Positions 18,826 to 30,168 are shown, counted from the first letter of the stretch. The stretch: 64,000 nt of DNA from Candidatus Krumholzibacteriota bacterium (GCA_963806035.1 CAWDWO010000008.1:1-64000); one strand, 5' to 3'. Notes: generated by a model not told the origin, from the sequence alone. Numbers and translations: made by a program.

Positions 18826-20466
18826 ATGCGTGATCTCGCCCGCTCATGCTCCCTTTGGCGCCTGCCCTCGGCGAGTGAATGGGTCTGCCTGGCCGCGGGC
18901 AGCTTCCTGATCGTCCACTACGCCTGGCTCATGGACGATGCCTTCGTCTACTTCCGCTACGTCGACAATCTCCTCTTTTTGAAACTCGGCCTGGTCTACA
19001 ACGCGGGCGAGTACGTGGAGGGCTTCAGCAGTCCCCTGTGGCTCATCCTGCTCACGGCCGGGCGGGCCCTGGGAACAAACTACTGGTTGCTCGTGCGCAT
19101 CCTGGGCCTGGCCTCCTTCGCCGGATTTTGGATGCTGATGGTCGCCACGCATCGGCGTCTCTCACGAGATGAACATCTCAATCTCCCCCTGATCCTCCTG
19201 ACCTTCAATTACGCGGTGCTGAGTTCCTTCACTTCCGGGCTGGAGACTCCGCTGGTGCAACTCGCCTCCGCCGCCTTCGCGTGGCATCTCGTGAAGCCGC
19301 GTTCCCGTCTGGGGCAGGTGCTCGTGGGCTTGAGTCCGCTGGTCAGGCACGAGTTGATCCTGCCCTGGTTGCTCAGCGTGGGCTGGGCCCGCCATCGCAA
19401 GGGGGCCTGGCCGCGATGGTCGATCTTCGTCGCCCTCTCGAGCCTCGCGGGATGGGCGCTCTTTCGGATCGTCTACTACGCCGCCCTCCTGCCGAACACC
19501 TTCTACCTGAAGGACATGAACTGGATCGCGCAGGGCCTGCGCTACGTGTGGGATACCGCGTTCACCTACGGGCTCTTCCTCATCCTGCCTCTGGCCGGGC
19601 TGAGTCTGTGGGTGCTTCAGCGCCGCGGAAGGGTTCTTCCACAGCTCGGCGCGCGCGGGATGATGGTGGTGTTGGCTCTCTCCGTCATGGCCTACGTGGT
19701 CAAGATCGGCGGCGATTTCCTTCACTACCGTTATCTGGCCTTCTGCGTGCCGCTTCTTTTGCTCCCGCTCTCGGGGCTCGTGGAAGAGGGCGTGGCGAGT
19801 CTGGCTGCCAAAACCCGGCGCTGGCTTCTGCCGGCAATCGGTCTTGCGGCGGCCACGGTGACTTGCTTCCTCTATCCTTCCGCCCTGGACGGACACCCCT
19901 ACACGCTCCGCGGAGGCTATCTGAGCGGCGGCGTTCTCGAAGATGCGATGACCCATCGCTTGCGTCCCGAGCTGGCCCGCGATCCCTGGGAATCCGGCGG
20001 CAAGTACGACAAGCGTTCCCTCTATCGTGAGTACCGGCGGCGACGCGATCGCCATGCCTTCGACAGGATAGTGGCGGACTACTGGTGTGTGCGGAACTAC
20101 GAGCACTTCAACTGGTACGTCGTTCAATCCCTGGGGCTCACCGATCCGGTGCTCTCGAGAATCGACGTTCCCAACCAGCGGCCCGGACACCGCTGGCATC
20201 TTCACCCTCTCGGGCAGCAGTTGGCCGAGCTGCGCGGCAAGTACGGCTTCGGCCCTGGCCTCTACGAGAAGGCAATTGCCGCCGGCGACGCCCCCGATTG
20301 GATTCGCGCCAACCGCGAGGCGCTGCGCGTCATCGACCGTCGCGCCTACAACCGCCACCGCTTCTTTGAAAACCTCGCGCTCGCCTTCGAAAGACCCGGC
20401 CGATTGCATCTGGTCTCTCCACCGCCGGAAGTGCCCCTGGTGCGCGTGAAGAAGCTCGGCTCCTGA
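18826..20466 (+). CDS. GT-C fold membrane glycosyltransferase (arabinofuranosyltransferase-like)
   Basis: DDAFVYFRY, YNAGEYVEGFSSPLW, SGLETPL, PNTFY.K, GGDF, GLTDP; multiple TMs. Confidence 0.7.
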   Translation: MRDLARSCSLWRLPSASEWVCLAAGSFLIVHYAWLMDDAFVYFRYVDNLLFLKLGLVYNAGEYVEGFSSPLWLILLTAGRALGTNYWLLVRILGLASFAGFWMLMVATHRRLSRDEHLNLPLILLTFNYAVLSSFTSGLETPLVQLASAAFAWHLVKPRSRLGQVLVGLSPLVRHELILPWLLSVGWARHRKGAWPRWSIFVALSSLAGWALFRIVYYAALLPNTFYLKDMNWIAQGLRYVWDTAFTYGLFLILPLAGLSLWVLQRRGRVLPQLGARGMMVVLALSVMAYVVKIGGDFLHYRYLAFCVPLLLLPLSGLVEEGVASLAAKTRRWLLPAIGLAAATVTCFLYPSALDGHPYTLRGGYLSGGVLEDAMTHRLRPELARDPWESGGKYDKRSLYREYRRRRDRHAFDRIVADYWCVRNYEHFNWYVVQSLGLTDPVLSRIDVPNQRPGHRWHLHPLGQQLAELRGKYGFGPGLYEKAIAAGDAPDWIRANREALRVIDRRAYNRHRFFENLALAFERPGRLHLVSPPPEVPLVRVKKLGS

Positions 20467-20556
20467 GTCTCTCTTCCTACGGGAATCGCTGCGGCCAAAT
20501 GGTGTATACTGTGAGCCCCTTTGTTGCCGCGAATTCTCCCGAGAAAGATCCAAACT

Positions 20557-21498
20557 ATGAAGCAAGGTATCCACTTCACCCCACCCACATTCCATCCCCT
20601 GTCCGGCCTGGTCTGGAGCTCGTATGCCTTCCTCGCTCTGGCGATTTTTCTTGGGCAACCCACGACGGCGCTGGCGAAGCCTGCACCCGCGCTCGACCAC
20701 GTCATCGTGGTGATCATGGAGAACCACAGCTACGCGCAGGTCGTTGGTGCAAGCTACATTTCCTCCCTCATCGGCGGTGGGGTGCTCTTCACCAACTCTT
20801 ACGGAGTCACGCATCCCTCGCAGCCGAATTACTTGGCGCTGTGGTCGGGAAGCACCCAGGGCGTAACCAACGATGTCTGCCCCTCCCCCGGCTCGCCGTA
20901 CTCCACCGAGAACCTGGGTCATGCCTGCGAGGCGGCCGGAGTCAGCTGGCGCGCTTATTCGGAGGATCTGCCCGCGGTCGGCAGCACCGTGTGCACCGCC
21001 AACAGCTCGCTCTACGCGCGCAAGCACGATCCCTGGGCCGATTTTTCCAATCTCGACCACACGCGTGAGAGGCCCTACGCCGATCTCGCCAGCGATATCG
21101 CAGCGGGAACGCTTCCCCGGCTCGCCTTTGTGGTCCCGAATCAGTGCAACGACATGCACAACTGCTCGGTCGCCACCGGGGACGCGTGGCTGGCCGCCAA
21201 CATCCCGGCCATGCTCGACGCGGTGGGTCCGCGCGGCCTGGTCGTGCTTACTTGGGACGAGGACGACAGCCACTCGGGGAACCACATCCTCACCGTCTTC
21301 GCCGGCCCGGCGGTGCAGGCGGGACAGACTTCCACTCAGCATCTCAACCACTACACGGTGCTGCGCTGTCTCTGTGAAGCGCTGGGATTGACGCCCTTCG
21401 CCGCCGCCGCGAACGAGAGCTCCATCACCGGCGTCTGGTCGCAGACGGTGGCGGCGCAATCGACCGGCTTCGGCGGGCTGAAGGCAAGATTTCGCTAG
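20557..21498 (+). CDS. Secreted phosphoesterase / acid phosphatase family protein
   Basis: HVIVVIMENHSY, THPSQPNY, YARKHDP, PNQCNDMH, TWDED, NHYTVLR; start codon uncertain. Confidence 0.88.
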   Translation: MKQGIHFTPPTFHPLSGLVWSSYAFLALAIFLGQPTTALAKPAPALDHVIVVIMENHSYAQVVGASYISSLIGGGVLFTNSYGVTHPSQPNYLALWSGSTQGVTNDVCPSPGSPYSTENLGHACEAAGVSWRAYSEDLPAVGSTVCTANSSLYARKHDPWADFSNLDHTRERPYADLASDIAAGTLPRLAFVVPNQCNDMHNCSVATGDAWLAANIPAMLDAVGPRGLVVLTWDEDDSHSGNHILTVFAGPAVQAGQTSTQHLNHYTVLRCLCEALGLTPFAAAANESSITGVWSQTVAAQSTGFGGLKARFR

Positions 21499-21511
21499 GC
21501 TCGGAGCTTGG

Positions 21512-24140
21512 CTAGTCCTGCTTCGAGTTCGTCGAAGACACGCGTTCGATGGTGTAGAGCACCGAGTCGTAGTACCACGCGGAGTAGACGACCGATTTCA
21601 GGTCGTCCGCCATCGAGATCGTGACGATGTTCAGGAGACCGGCGCCATCGCCGCCGCCCAGACTCGCCACCTTCGTGCGCTTGCCGCTGGCGATCTCGAC
21701 GCGATCCAGCGAAGTGGGGATCGTATTTCCTTCGAAGCAGTAGAGTGCTGATCCATCCAGATTCCAGCGAACGAGCTGGTCCTGGGATGACATCGATTCC
21801 AGTTTCCGGGGCTCGCCCTTTCCCGCGATCGGATAGAGCCACCAGCCCGTCTGCGCGTTCGCGACGAAGAGTTTACCATCCGGAGAGGGCACACCATCTC
21901 GAATGCCGGGCGGACCCACTGGCTTCGGCTCGGAAGTGGCCTTGGCGAGCAGAAAGCAACGAGGCGGCTGTCCCATCTGGTTGCCGCTCACCAGCATCTC
22001 GTCTTCACCCGGCATCCACTGTGCCTGCCCGATATTTTCGAATTCCCCGTGGTCCAGGCGCACCGGCTGGCCCGCGCCCACCGGGTAGCGCATGATGCGG
22101 GGGGGTGTGCTGGGAACGACCGCGAGTACGGACTTTCCGTCCTTCGAGAATTGCTGGGCGATTCCCTCTCCCAGGCGAACGATGGCGCCTCCCTCGGCGG
22201 AGCGAAGGGTCACCCCGTAGTTCGGGCCACCATCTTCAGCCTGATCGCAGAACACCACCGACTTGGCATCGGCTGAGAGTCTCGGAGCGACCGAGCCGTC
22301 GAGCCAGGAGATATCCCTTGCTTGTTCGGCGCTCGCGCCCTTGAACATGATCCGAAACGGATAGTCGTCCCGGGTCGCCAGCCAGGTGCCATTCGCCGCG
22401 ATGTCGTGGATCGTCAACAGCCCGGCGCTCTGGCGTACCAGCTTTGCGTCTCCCCGCAGACCGACGCGGTACACCGAGAAATCGCTCCCGTTGGTCGTCG
22501 CACTGAAGAACACCGCGGCACCATCCTGCGACCAGGCCAACCCCTCCATGCCCCAGTATCCGGAGCTGAGCTCTCGCGCGTGGCCCTCACGATCGACGAG
22601 CTTGACCGACCCCCGGTCGTCCCAGCGCCAGGGATGTTCCATGAATGCGACCCGTTCGCCATCGCGTGAGACCCTCAGGTCACTCGAGGTAGCCGGCCGA
22701 TTCGTAGAGGACCTTGCCGATCGGATACTCCAGCCGGTCCTTCCCGTCGACCTCGTGAATGATGGCCAGTTGCGTACCGTCGGGCGACCAGTCCGCCTCG
22801 CGGACGCCTTCCAGGACCTCCCGCGGGGCGGCACCTTCGATGGGCATGCGCGCCAGGGTGCCGCTGAAGAGCCGATGGTGGCCGGAGTAGCTGGCGTTGA
22901 CGAGAACCGCCAGCTCACCGCGCGAGGAGACGGCGAGGAGGTGCACATTCTCCGGCCCCAGCGGTTGCGGCGCGGGATACTCGGGGCGGATGATGTAGAG
23001 CTGGGTCCGGTTTCCCTCCAGCGCGCTGCTCAGGACGATCGTCTTGCCGTCGGGCATGAAGCGCGCGGTGAAGATGGCCTGCTTGCGGTAGGTCTTGCGG
23101 TGGTACTGAACCTCGGTCGCTTCGCGGGACGGCCGATCTTGGCGCCCCAGAACGAAGGCCGTGGTCGAGGCCGCCAGAGCGACCAAAACTACCGCTGCCC
23201 ACAGTGCCCAGCGTGGAACCCGCCGCGCCGCGACGGTGGAAGCAGCGCCGGGCTGGGTGCCGCTCTCGCCTTCGCTCTGCAGCCACTGCAATTGCAGGCC
23301 GACGTCGTGTGCCGTCTGCACTCGCTCCTCGGGATCCTTGGCCAGACAGGCCTGGATCAAACGGTCCAGCGCGGGGGGAGAGGCGGGAGCGAGCTCCTTC
23401 AGTGCGCGAACCGGCTGGCCCATGATGGACGCGATGAGACTGGCCTGGCTGCTCCCTTCGAAGGCTCGGCTACCGGTGGCCATTTCGTAGAGGACGCAGC
23501 CGAGTGCCCACACGTCACTGCGCTCGTCGGTCTCCTTGCCTTCGAGCTGCTCGGGGGCCATGTACTGAAAGGTGCCGACGAGACTGCCCTCGGCCGTGAG
23601 TGGTTGGGCGATGGTCGGCGACTGCGCGAGCCGGCTGGCGCTGCCCTCTCCCGCTTCCGTGCGAATCGCGCTGCGCGCGAGGCCGAAGTCCATCAGCTTC
23701 GCGCCTCCCTTGGAAAGCATGATGTTCCCGGGCTTGAGATCGCGATGGATGATCCCGGAGCGATGGGCGCGGGTGAGCGCGCCGCAGATCTGAACGCCGA
23801 GGCGCAGGACTTCAGGAAGCGGAAGCGGGCCCCTGGCGAGTCTGTCCGCCAGGCTCTCGCCCTCGACGAGCTCCATCACCAGATAGTCGGTGTTTCCGTC
23901 GCGGCCCACGTCGAAGAGAGTGCAGATGTGCGGGTGGTTCAACGAAGAGACCGCTCTGGCCTCGCGCTCGAAGCGCGCGCGAATCTCCGGATTCGCCGAG
24001 AGGTGTTCGGGCAAGACCTTGACGGCAACCTCGCGATCCAGCCGCGTGTCGCGCGCGCGATAGACCTCACCCATACCACCCGCCCCGAGGGCAGACAGGA
24101 TTTCGTAGGGACCAAGCTGTGTACCGGGTAAGAACTGCAT
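21512..24140 (-). pseudogene. Hanks-type Ser/Thr kinase with TM helix and TolB/WD40-like propeller; 1-nt insertion near 22685
   Basis: LGAGGMGEVY, VAVK, HRDLKPGN, DFGLA, YMAPEQ; removing one base in CTCGAGT gives YLSDLRVS and fuses both ORFs. Confidence 0.88.
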
Positions 24141-24365
24141 GGCGAAGAGCTTACACCAAGCTCCCGGACGCGCCTATCCCTCCCTCGGCGAGCGAACCGT
24201 ATTCTCCGCGATGGTGGCAGAGGGAATTCAGAGCAACAAAAAGAAGAGCTGTACGTCCTTTTGAAGAAACTTCGTCTATCTTTAGAAGACACACCGCCAC
24301 GCCCGGCGCCCCGGCCATCCACCGGGGACTCAGGAAATTTCTTCGAGCGCCCAGGAGGCAAGGTC

Positions 24366-24731
24366 ATGAAGTTTCAGGCCAGGAAGGAAGGTCCCCTCAC
24401 CATCGTCAAGCTCACCGGCAGCATGGTCGGTGGTCCCGTTGCCGACGAATTCCGTGAGTTCATGTTGAAACTGGTCGAGGACGGTGCGCGCCGCGTGATC
24501 CTCGACCTCACGCAGGTCCCCTACGTGGCATCGCCGGGAGTCGGCATGATCGTGGGCGCTCAGGCCTCTCTCGCCAACCGGGGCGGAGAACTGAGAGTCG
24601 CGATCGCCACCGAGAGAGTGAAGAACCTCTTTCACATCATCCGGCTTGCCCGAATGATCCGGGTTTTCGAGGGTTTGCAGGAGGCGATCGACTCCTTCCC
24701 CAATACGAGCAAGCTCTACGCTAAGGCCTGA
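24366..24731 (+). CDS. STAS domain anti-sigma-factor antagonist
   Basis: VILDLTQVPYVASPGVG, GGELRV; GGAGG SD. Confidence 0.85.
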   Translation: MKFQARKEGPLTIVKLTGSMVGGPVADEFREFMLKLVEDGARRVILDLTQVPYVASPGVGMIVGAQASLANRGGELRVAIATERVKNLFHIIRLARMIRVFEGLQEAIDSFPNTSKLYAKA

Positions 24732-24738
24732 GAAAACC

Positions 24739-24772
24739 GCGCGCGCCGGTCGCTGACCGCGCGCGCGCTTTC
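24739..24772. terminator. GC-rich hairpin between convergent genes
   Basis: GCGCGCGC-CGGTC-gct-GACCG-CGCGCGCGC followed by TTTC. Confidence 0.45.
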
Positions 24773-24824
24773 ATGCTTCGCCGGAGCTTCCTCGAACTCA
24801 CCTTGCAAAGCGAGCTGCTGCTGC

Positions 24825-26465
24825 TTACTGCGCCATTGCCGTAGGAGACGTGTCCGGCGGCAAGAGGAACTGCTGGGGTCTCTCCTTGACCACGGTCTTC
24901 AGCCAGCTCTCGGGATAGCCCTTTTCGGTGACTCTTCCCTTCTCGTCTTTCACGTAACCGTCATTGTACTTGGTCATCAGATCCTCACCCAGACGCCGCC
25001 AGCGGCGTACGACCGCTTCACCGTGGCTCAGCGAGTAGTCAGTCAGGTAGCGCGTCACCAGTGAGGGGTCCTTCTCGGCGAGGCTCTCTGCGGTCTTCTC
25101 CACGATGGGTTGCATCGCGAAGAACTCGCCCTCGAGCTTCGACTGGACCGCTTGAATGTCCTGAATCATGTAGGAGTATTTCAGGTTGGCGTAATTGGAG
25201 ACGAAGTTGAACACCCACCAGGCCGAGTCCCAGGAGAAGTGATCAAGATCGCCCACGGTGAAGGACTCCGGGACTTCGTCGATGCCGCAGTACAGGGGCA
25301 GATAGCAGGTGAAGTAGGTATCGTCCACTCCGTACCAGGTGAGTCCTCCGATGGCATCGGGCAGCCAGGCACGTGATTGCGTGATCATCGAGAAGCCGGT
25401 CTGCTGGGTGGAAATGGGCCGCTCCCAGGTGTAGTGCTGACCATCCACCTCGAATCCCATGGGCCGCCAGCGGTAGGGGCTGGCGTAGGGACCGGCGTCG
25501 ACACCCTGGGTCATGTCGAAGGGCGTGCCTTCGTAGTGATCCCGCATGAGGGCGAAGACATCCTGCACCGAGAGTTTGTGGTCGGGCTTGATGAACAGGG
25601 GCAGCGGTTTTGCCCCCGCCACGCCGCGATGGTAGTCGCTGGACCAATCCCTCGAAGGAGCACAGCGGCGATACAAACTCCACACGCGGGTCGCGGTGTA
25701 ACGGAGTTTCTCCGGAGTTACGGGATGAAACGCCTTGCGCCAGCTGAAAGCCTCGCCCGAGGAGGGATCGTACCAGCCGTGCGCGGCCGCGAATTCCTCC
25801 ATGCCCGGCGAGTAGAGGCAGTTTTGAGGATCATTTTTGGGGAAGGTGCCGATGCGGCCCAAATTGGCGTGCGCGCAGACGTAACCCTCCGGTACACGCA
25901 GCGCCACCCAGTAGGCGCCCGGGCTGCCGGGCGGCGGGTTTTTCCCCGGGCCCACCATCTCCATGACCCAGGCCTCTTTCTTGTCGCCGATGTAAAAGGA
26001 CTCGCCGCTGCTGCGGTAACCATAGTCGTCGACCAGTTGACCCATCACTTGCACCGCTTCGCGCGCGGTGGCCGCGCGTTGGAGAGCCAGGCGCATCAGG
26101 ACCCAGTAGTGCAAAAGGCCGGCCGGGTTGATGAGTTCCTCACGCCCATCGGTGGTCGTTTCGGCGATCGTCACCTGATGGTCGTTCATGAGGTTCACCA
26201 CGCCGTAGGTATGCGGCGGTTGCGCGACTGAGCCCAGAACCTTTCCCGACCAGCTCCTGATCGCCAGAGAATCTCCGGGCTCGTGCGAGGCAGCCGGAAC
26301 CCGTTCCAGATGCGGAAGGAATTCTCCATCGCAAGTGTAGGTGACGATGACCGAGCCATCGGTCGTCGCCTGGCTGCTGGCGATGAAATTGGTGCAAGCC
26401 GACGCGCTCGCTCCGGCGAGTACGAGCAGCGCGATGATCAGACAGCATGAAATCAAACTACGCAT
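24825..26465 (-). CDS. Secreted C69 family dipeptidase (Ntn hydrolase)
   Basis: Signal peptide followed by catalytic Cys (ASA-CTNFI), MNDHQV.I.ETT, MRDHYEGT, WERPIS. Confidence 0.9.
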   Translation of the reverse strand: MRSLISCCLIIALLVLAGASASACTNFIASSQATTDGSVIVTYTCDGEFLPHLERVPAASHEPGDSLAIRSWSGKVLGSVAQPPHTYGVVNLMNDHQVTIAETTTDGREELINPAGLLHYWVLMRLALQRAATAREAVQVMGQLVDDYGYRSSGESFYIGDKKEAWVMEMVGPGKNPPPGSPGAYWVALRVPEGYVCAHANLGRIGTFPKNDPQNCLYSPGMEEFAAAHGWYDPSSGEAFSWRKAFHPVTPEKLRYTATRVWSLYRRCAPSRDWSSDYHRGVAGAKPLPLFIKPDHKLSVQDVFALMRDHYEGTPFDMTQGVDAGPYASPYRWRPMGFEVDGQHYTWERPISTQQTGFSMITQSRAWLPDAIGGLTWYGVDDTYFTCYLPLYCGIDEVPESFTVGDLDHFSWDSAWWVFNFVSNYANLKYSYMIQDIQAVQSKLEGEFFAMQPIVEKTAESLAEKDPSLVTRYLTDYSLSHGEAVVRRWRRLGEDLMTKYNDGYVKDEKGRVTEKGYPESWLKTVVKERPQQFLLPPDTSPTAMAQ

Positions 26466-26483
26466 CTCTCCCCCTCGAGTTTA

Positions 26484-27161
26484 TCAATCCGCATCTTCGG
26501 GGCCCTGCTTGCCCGGTCGAAAACCAATGCGGTCAAAAGGATTGACCACGCTACTGGCCAGATTGGATAGGTGGGCACTGATCCGCTTGGTATAGCGCGC
26601 ACTCAGAGCCACCATGACTGCGTCTTTTGCACCGATTTGAGGATCCTCCACCAAATCATCGAGCACCAAATCGAGGCGGCGACCGAAGATGCTGTGGTCC
26701 TTCATGATGGACTCCGCCGCCACCACGTCTGCTTCCCGGAACGCTTTGGCGGCGCGCGGGAAGAGTTTCAGGACATCTTCTGCGATGCTGCGCACGGTAT
26801 CGAAGTGGCGGTTGCCGATGAAGGGGTGGTGGTATCTCTCGGCGAGCTCGTAGATGTTCTTGGCGTAGTCGCCGATGCGTTCGATATCGATGATCGTGCT
26901 GGTCAAGACGAGGCCAGCCGTAAGGTCCGAGACTTCGTTCAGAAGCTGATACTCGAAGACCAGGCGTCTTACCTGCATCTCGCCGCGATTGATCTCGCGG
27001 TCGAGCGCATAGATATCAATCTCGGGTTTCTTTCCGTCGAGAAGATCTTCTATCGAAGCGCGGGCCAATAGCTCGGCCTTTCCCAAGCACTCGTAGCTCA
27101 GGTCCAAGGCCCTACTCAACTGGTTCTTTTTCCGTAGCGCATTCAAGAGAGCTCGAAACAT
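26484..27161 (-). CDS. PhoU domain protein
   Basis: DREIN, IDIERIGDYAKNI, KRISAHL.N. Confidence 0.88.
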   Translation of the reverse strand: MFRALLNALRKKNQLSRALDLSYECLGKAELLARASIEDLLDGKKPEIDIYALDREINRGEMQVRRLVFEYQLLNEVSDLTAGLVLTSTIIDIERIGDYAKNIYELAERYHHPFIGNRHFDTVRSIAEDVLKLFPRAAKAFREADVVAAESIMKDHSIFGRRLDLVLDDLVEDPQIGAKDAVMVALSARYTKRISAHLSNLASSVVNPFDRIGFRPGKQGPEDAD

Positions 27162-27170
27162 GAGATTCCC

Positions 27171-28340
27171 CTAGCGTGTCAAAAAGATCAGTGCCAAAGG
27201 TACAATGAAAAACACGAGCAGAACATAGGCTACTGCGTATCCCTTCGAGCGCACACTCAAGCGGCCCAAGAGCTTGGCGGCGCCGATCGGAATCCTGCGT
27301 AGAGGATAGAGCACCAGGATCCCGTAGACGTTGAAAAAAAGATGGCTCAGGGCCACCACGAGAGCAGCCGGTGATCCCGTGACCAGGCTGGCGAGAAGCG
27401 CCGTCACCGTGGTTCCGACGTTGGCCCCGAGCACCACCGGGAAAATTTGCTCCACCGTGGCAAAGCCGGCAGCCATGAGAGGGACGAGCAGGCTCGTGGT
27501 CACGCTGCTGCTCTGAACGAGAACGGTGATGAGCGTGCCCGCCAGGATTCCGGCTGCGGCGTTCCGGAAAACAAAACGGTGCATCAGCAGCTCCACCCTG
27601 CCCAGGATGAGCCGGCGCATCAGCTTTACCAAGAAGTGCAGGCTCAAAAAGAGGAGGATCAAGGAGAGGATCACCAGGATGACCGCGGCCAACGAATCGG
27701 ATTGGGTCAGGTGCCGCAACAAATCTTGGGTCGCCTTGGCAAGCGGTTTGACGACGAGCTTGAGAGGCGAGTGAAAGCTCACGCCCGACTGTCCCACCAG
27801 AAAACGCTCGGCCCACTGAGAGGAGCGCTCGATGAAGTGAGTGAAAATTTCAAGAGGCAGGAAAAGAGTGACGGCCAGAAGATTGAAGAAGTCATGGACG
27901 GTCGCGCCGCTGAACGCCCGTTGAAACTCCTGAGGACGCGCCATGTGTCCCAGCGATACGATCGTATTGGTTACACTGGTTCCGATGTTCGCGCCCATGA
28001 CGATGGGAATCGCGCCCGGGACGCTCAGCCCGCCCCCCGCCACCAGACCTACCACGATGGAAGTGACGGTCGAGCTACTTTGCACCAGGCTCGTGGCCAG
28101 GACGCCGATCAGAAGACCGGTGAAGGGATTGCTGGTCGTCTTGATGAGACCGACCGCGAAACCCTTACCCATCAGTTTGAAAGTCGACCCCAGTAACTCG
28201 ATGGAATAGAGAAAGACGTAGAGAACCAGGATCAGGGCGGCAATCCGCGCCACCATTGGCCAAAATCCGTCCCGGCTCAGAAAGGCCCGGGAACGCGCGT
28301 TGTTCCTGTCGCTGGTGGCGAGTGAATCAGCCGACGGCAT
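27171..28340 (-). CDS. Na/Pi cotransporter (NptA-like)
   Basis: Two QSSS repeats, GANIGT and GANVGT, HDFFN. Confidence 0.92.
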   Translation of the reverse strand: MPSADSLATSDRNNARSRAFLSRDGFWPMVARIAALILVLYVFLYSIELLGSTFKLMGKGFAVGLIKTTSNPFTGLLIGVLATSLVQSSSTVTSIVVGLVAGGGLSVPGAIPIVMGANIGTSVTNTIVSLGHMARPQEFQRAFSGATVHDFFNLLAVTLFLPLEIFTHFIERSSQWAERFLVGQSGVSFHSPLKLVVKPLAKATQDLLRHLTQSDSLAAVILVILSLILLFLSLHFLVKLMRRLILGRVELLMHRFVFRNAAAGILAGTLITVLVQSSSVTTSLLVPLMAAGFATVEQIFPVVLGANVGTTVTALLASLVTGSPAALVVALSHLFFNVYGILVLYPLRRIPIGAAKLLGRLSVRSKGYAVAYVLLVFFIVPLALIFLTR

Positions 28341-29436
28341 CCGCCTTCTCCCGCAAGGCCTCCAACAAACCCTCGAAGCTCCGTTCGAACTTCTCCACCC
28401 CTTCCTTCAGGAGCTCGTCGGTCGCGGACTGCAGCGAGATTCCGAGTGCTTCGATCTCCTCGAGCGCCGCACTCGATTCGGCTTCGTCCTTCAGAATTGC
28501 ATCCTTTTCGGGCTTCCCGTGATCGCGGTAGGCATCCACGGTAACCGTCGGAATGGTATTCACCGTGTCCTTCCCCACCAGAGGATCCACGTAGAGGGTA
28601 TCCGGGTAGTCCGGATTCTTGGTACTGGTGGAGGCCCACAGAGGACGCTGTACCCGGGCTCCCGCCCGCGACAACTTCTCCCAGCGCTCGCCTGAAAACA
28701 CTTCGAGAAAATCGCGGTAGGCCAGCTTCGCATTGGCCACCGCCGCCTTGCCCATGAGAGATTCCGCCTTCTGACCACCCACTTCGCTCAATTTTGCATC
28801 CACCAGAGTATCGAGCCTGCTCACGAAGAAGGATGCCACCGAAGCGACGTTCTCCAGTGGCCTCTTGTGCGCGAGACGGGCCTCGAGCGCACTCAGGTAG
28901 GCCTCCATCACCTCGCGATAGGCCTGGCGGCTGAAGAGAAGAGTGACGTTGATCTTGCGGCCCTTCTCCAGCGCGGCGCGAATGACCGGAATGCCCTCCT
29001 TGGTGGCCGGGATCTTGACCATGAGATTTTCACAGTCCACCCAATCCCAAAGGTGGTCGACTTCCTTCATGGTACGTTCCGCGTCGTAGGCCAGGCGGGG
29101 GTCGACTTCGAGGCTGACGAAGCCGTCGCTTCCATCGCTCTCCTCGAAGACTGGCGCCAACAAATCACAAGCATCTCTGATGTCGCGGACCGCGAGTTCC
29201 CAGAAGATCGACTCGGGGTCCAGATCGGAGCTGGAGAGCTTGGCGACCTCTCTGTCGTAGTCGTTGCTCTTGCTGATTGCCGCCTGAAAAATGCTCGGAT
29301 TGCTCGTTATGCCGCGCATCCCATCTTCGTCACGCATGCGCGCGATGGTGCCGTCGTGGAGCGCACGCCGGCTGAGGGAGTCCCACCAGAAGGACTGACC
29401 GAATTCGTACAAACGAGTCAAGGGGTTCTGATTCAT
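28327..29436 (-). CDS. tal: Transaldolase
   Basis: GITSNPSIF, VSLEVDP, MVKIPAT, NVTLLFS, SFFVSR, PLWASTS. Confidence 0.95.
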   Translation of the reverse strand: MNQNPLTRLYEFGQSFWWDSLSRRALHDGTIARMRDEDGMRGITSNPSIFQAAISKSNDYDREVAKLSSSDLDPESIFWELAVRDIRDACDLLAPVFEESDGSDGFVSLEVDPRLAYDAERTMKEVDHLWDWVDCENLMVKIPATKEGIPVIRAALEKGRKINVTLLFSRQAYREVMEAYLSALEARLAHKRPLENVASVASFFVSRLDTLVDAKLSEVGGQKAESLMGKAAVANAKLAYRDFLEVFSGERWEKLSRAGARVQRPLWASTSTKNPDYPDTLYVDPLVGKDTVNTIPTVTVDAYRDHGKPEKDAILKDEAESSAALEEIEALGISLQSATDELLKEGVEKFERSFEGLLEALREKADAVG

Positions 29437-29506
29437 CGCGGAACTCCTCGAGGCAGGGTTGAGACGGACGAACGGAACCGGGCGACGCGAGCCGCCATCC
29501 AGTTGA

Positions 29507-29962
29507 TTACAGAGGTTTTCCCTTGCCCTCCAGCTCGTCGATGAGCTGAAGGCGCCGCACATGGCGTTCCTTCCCGCTGAAACGGGCGTTCAAGAACGCG
29601 ACTACGATCTCTTTCGCGAGACTTGGACCCACGACCCGGGCCCCCAGGCACAGTACGTTGATGTCGTCATGCTCCACTCCCTGGTGCGCGGAATAGGTGT
29701 CATGACAGAGCCCGGCGCGGATCCCCTTCACCTTGTTGGAGGCCACCGCGGCTCCGACGCCGCTACCGCAGAGCACGATTCCGCGCTCGGCGCTTCCATC
29801 GAGCAGGGCCTTGGCAACCTTCGAGGCGAAGCGCGGATAGTCGACGGGATCGGCGGAGTCGGTGCCACAGTCGATGAGCTCGTGGCCGTGCTCGGCGAGC
29901 AGCTTCGAGAGCTCCGCTTTGAGTGGGAATCCGCCATGGTCACAGCCGAGCGCCACACGCAT
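29507..29962 (-). CDS. rpiB: Ribose-5-phosphate isomerase B
   Basis: GCDHGG, DYP, CGSGVG, NKVKGIRA, RH.RR. Confidence 0.95.
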   Translation of the reverse strand: MRVALGCDHGGFPLKAELSKLLAEHGHELIDCGTDSADPVDYPRFASKVAKALLDGSAERGIVLCGSGVGAAVASNKVKGIRAGLCHDTYSAHQGVEHDDINVLCLGARVVGPSLAKEIVVAFLNARFSGKERHVRRLQLIDELEGKGKPL

Positions 29963-30168
29963 TGCCCTCTTCCTCCCTTCCGTCAGTGCGACATGGACGT
30001 CGCGCCCCGGGCCGATCCATCCCGACCCAATGGCGCCGCGAAGCGAGTGTAGGGAACCGGCTCCACAGAAGCAATGCCGGAGCCCGAGGGCCCGCGAGAA
30101 ATGGGCCTGAATCCAGGGGATATGAGATTCCTTTCCCCACGCTCCACCGGCTGGTATTCTAGCCCACG

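Noticed and set aside
22680..22682. TGA in the kinase as selenocysteine or readthrough
   Set aside because: The continuation is in a different frame, so it is a frameshift
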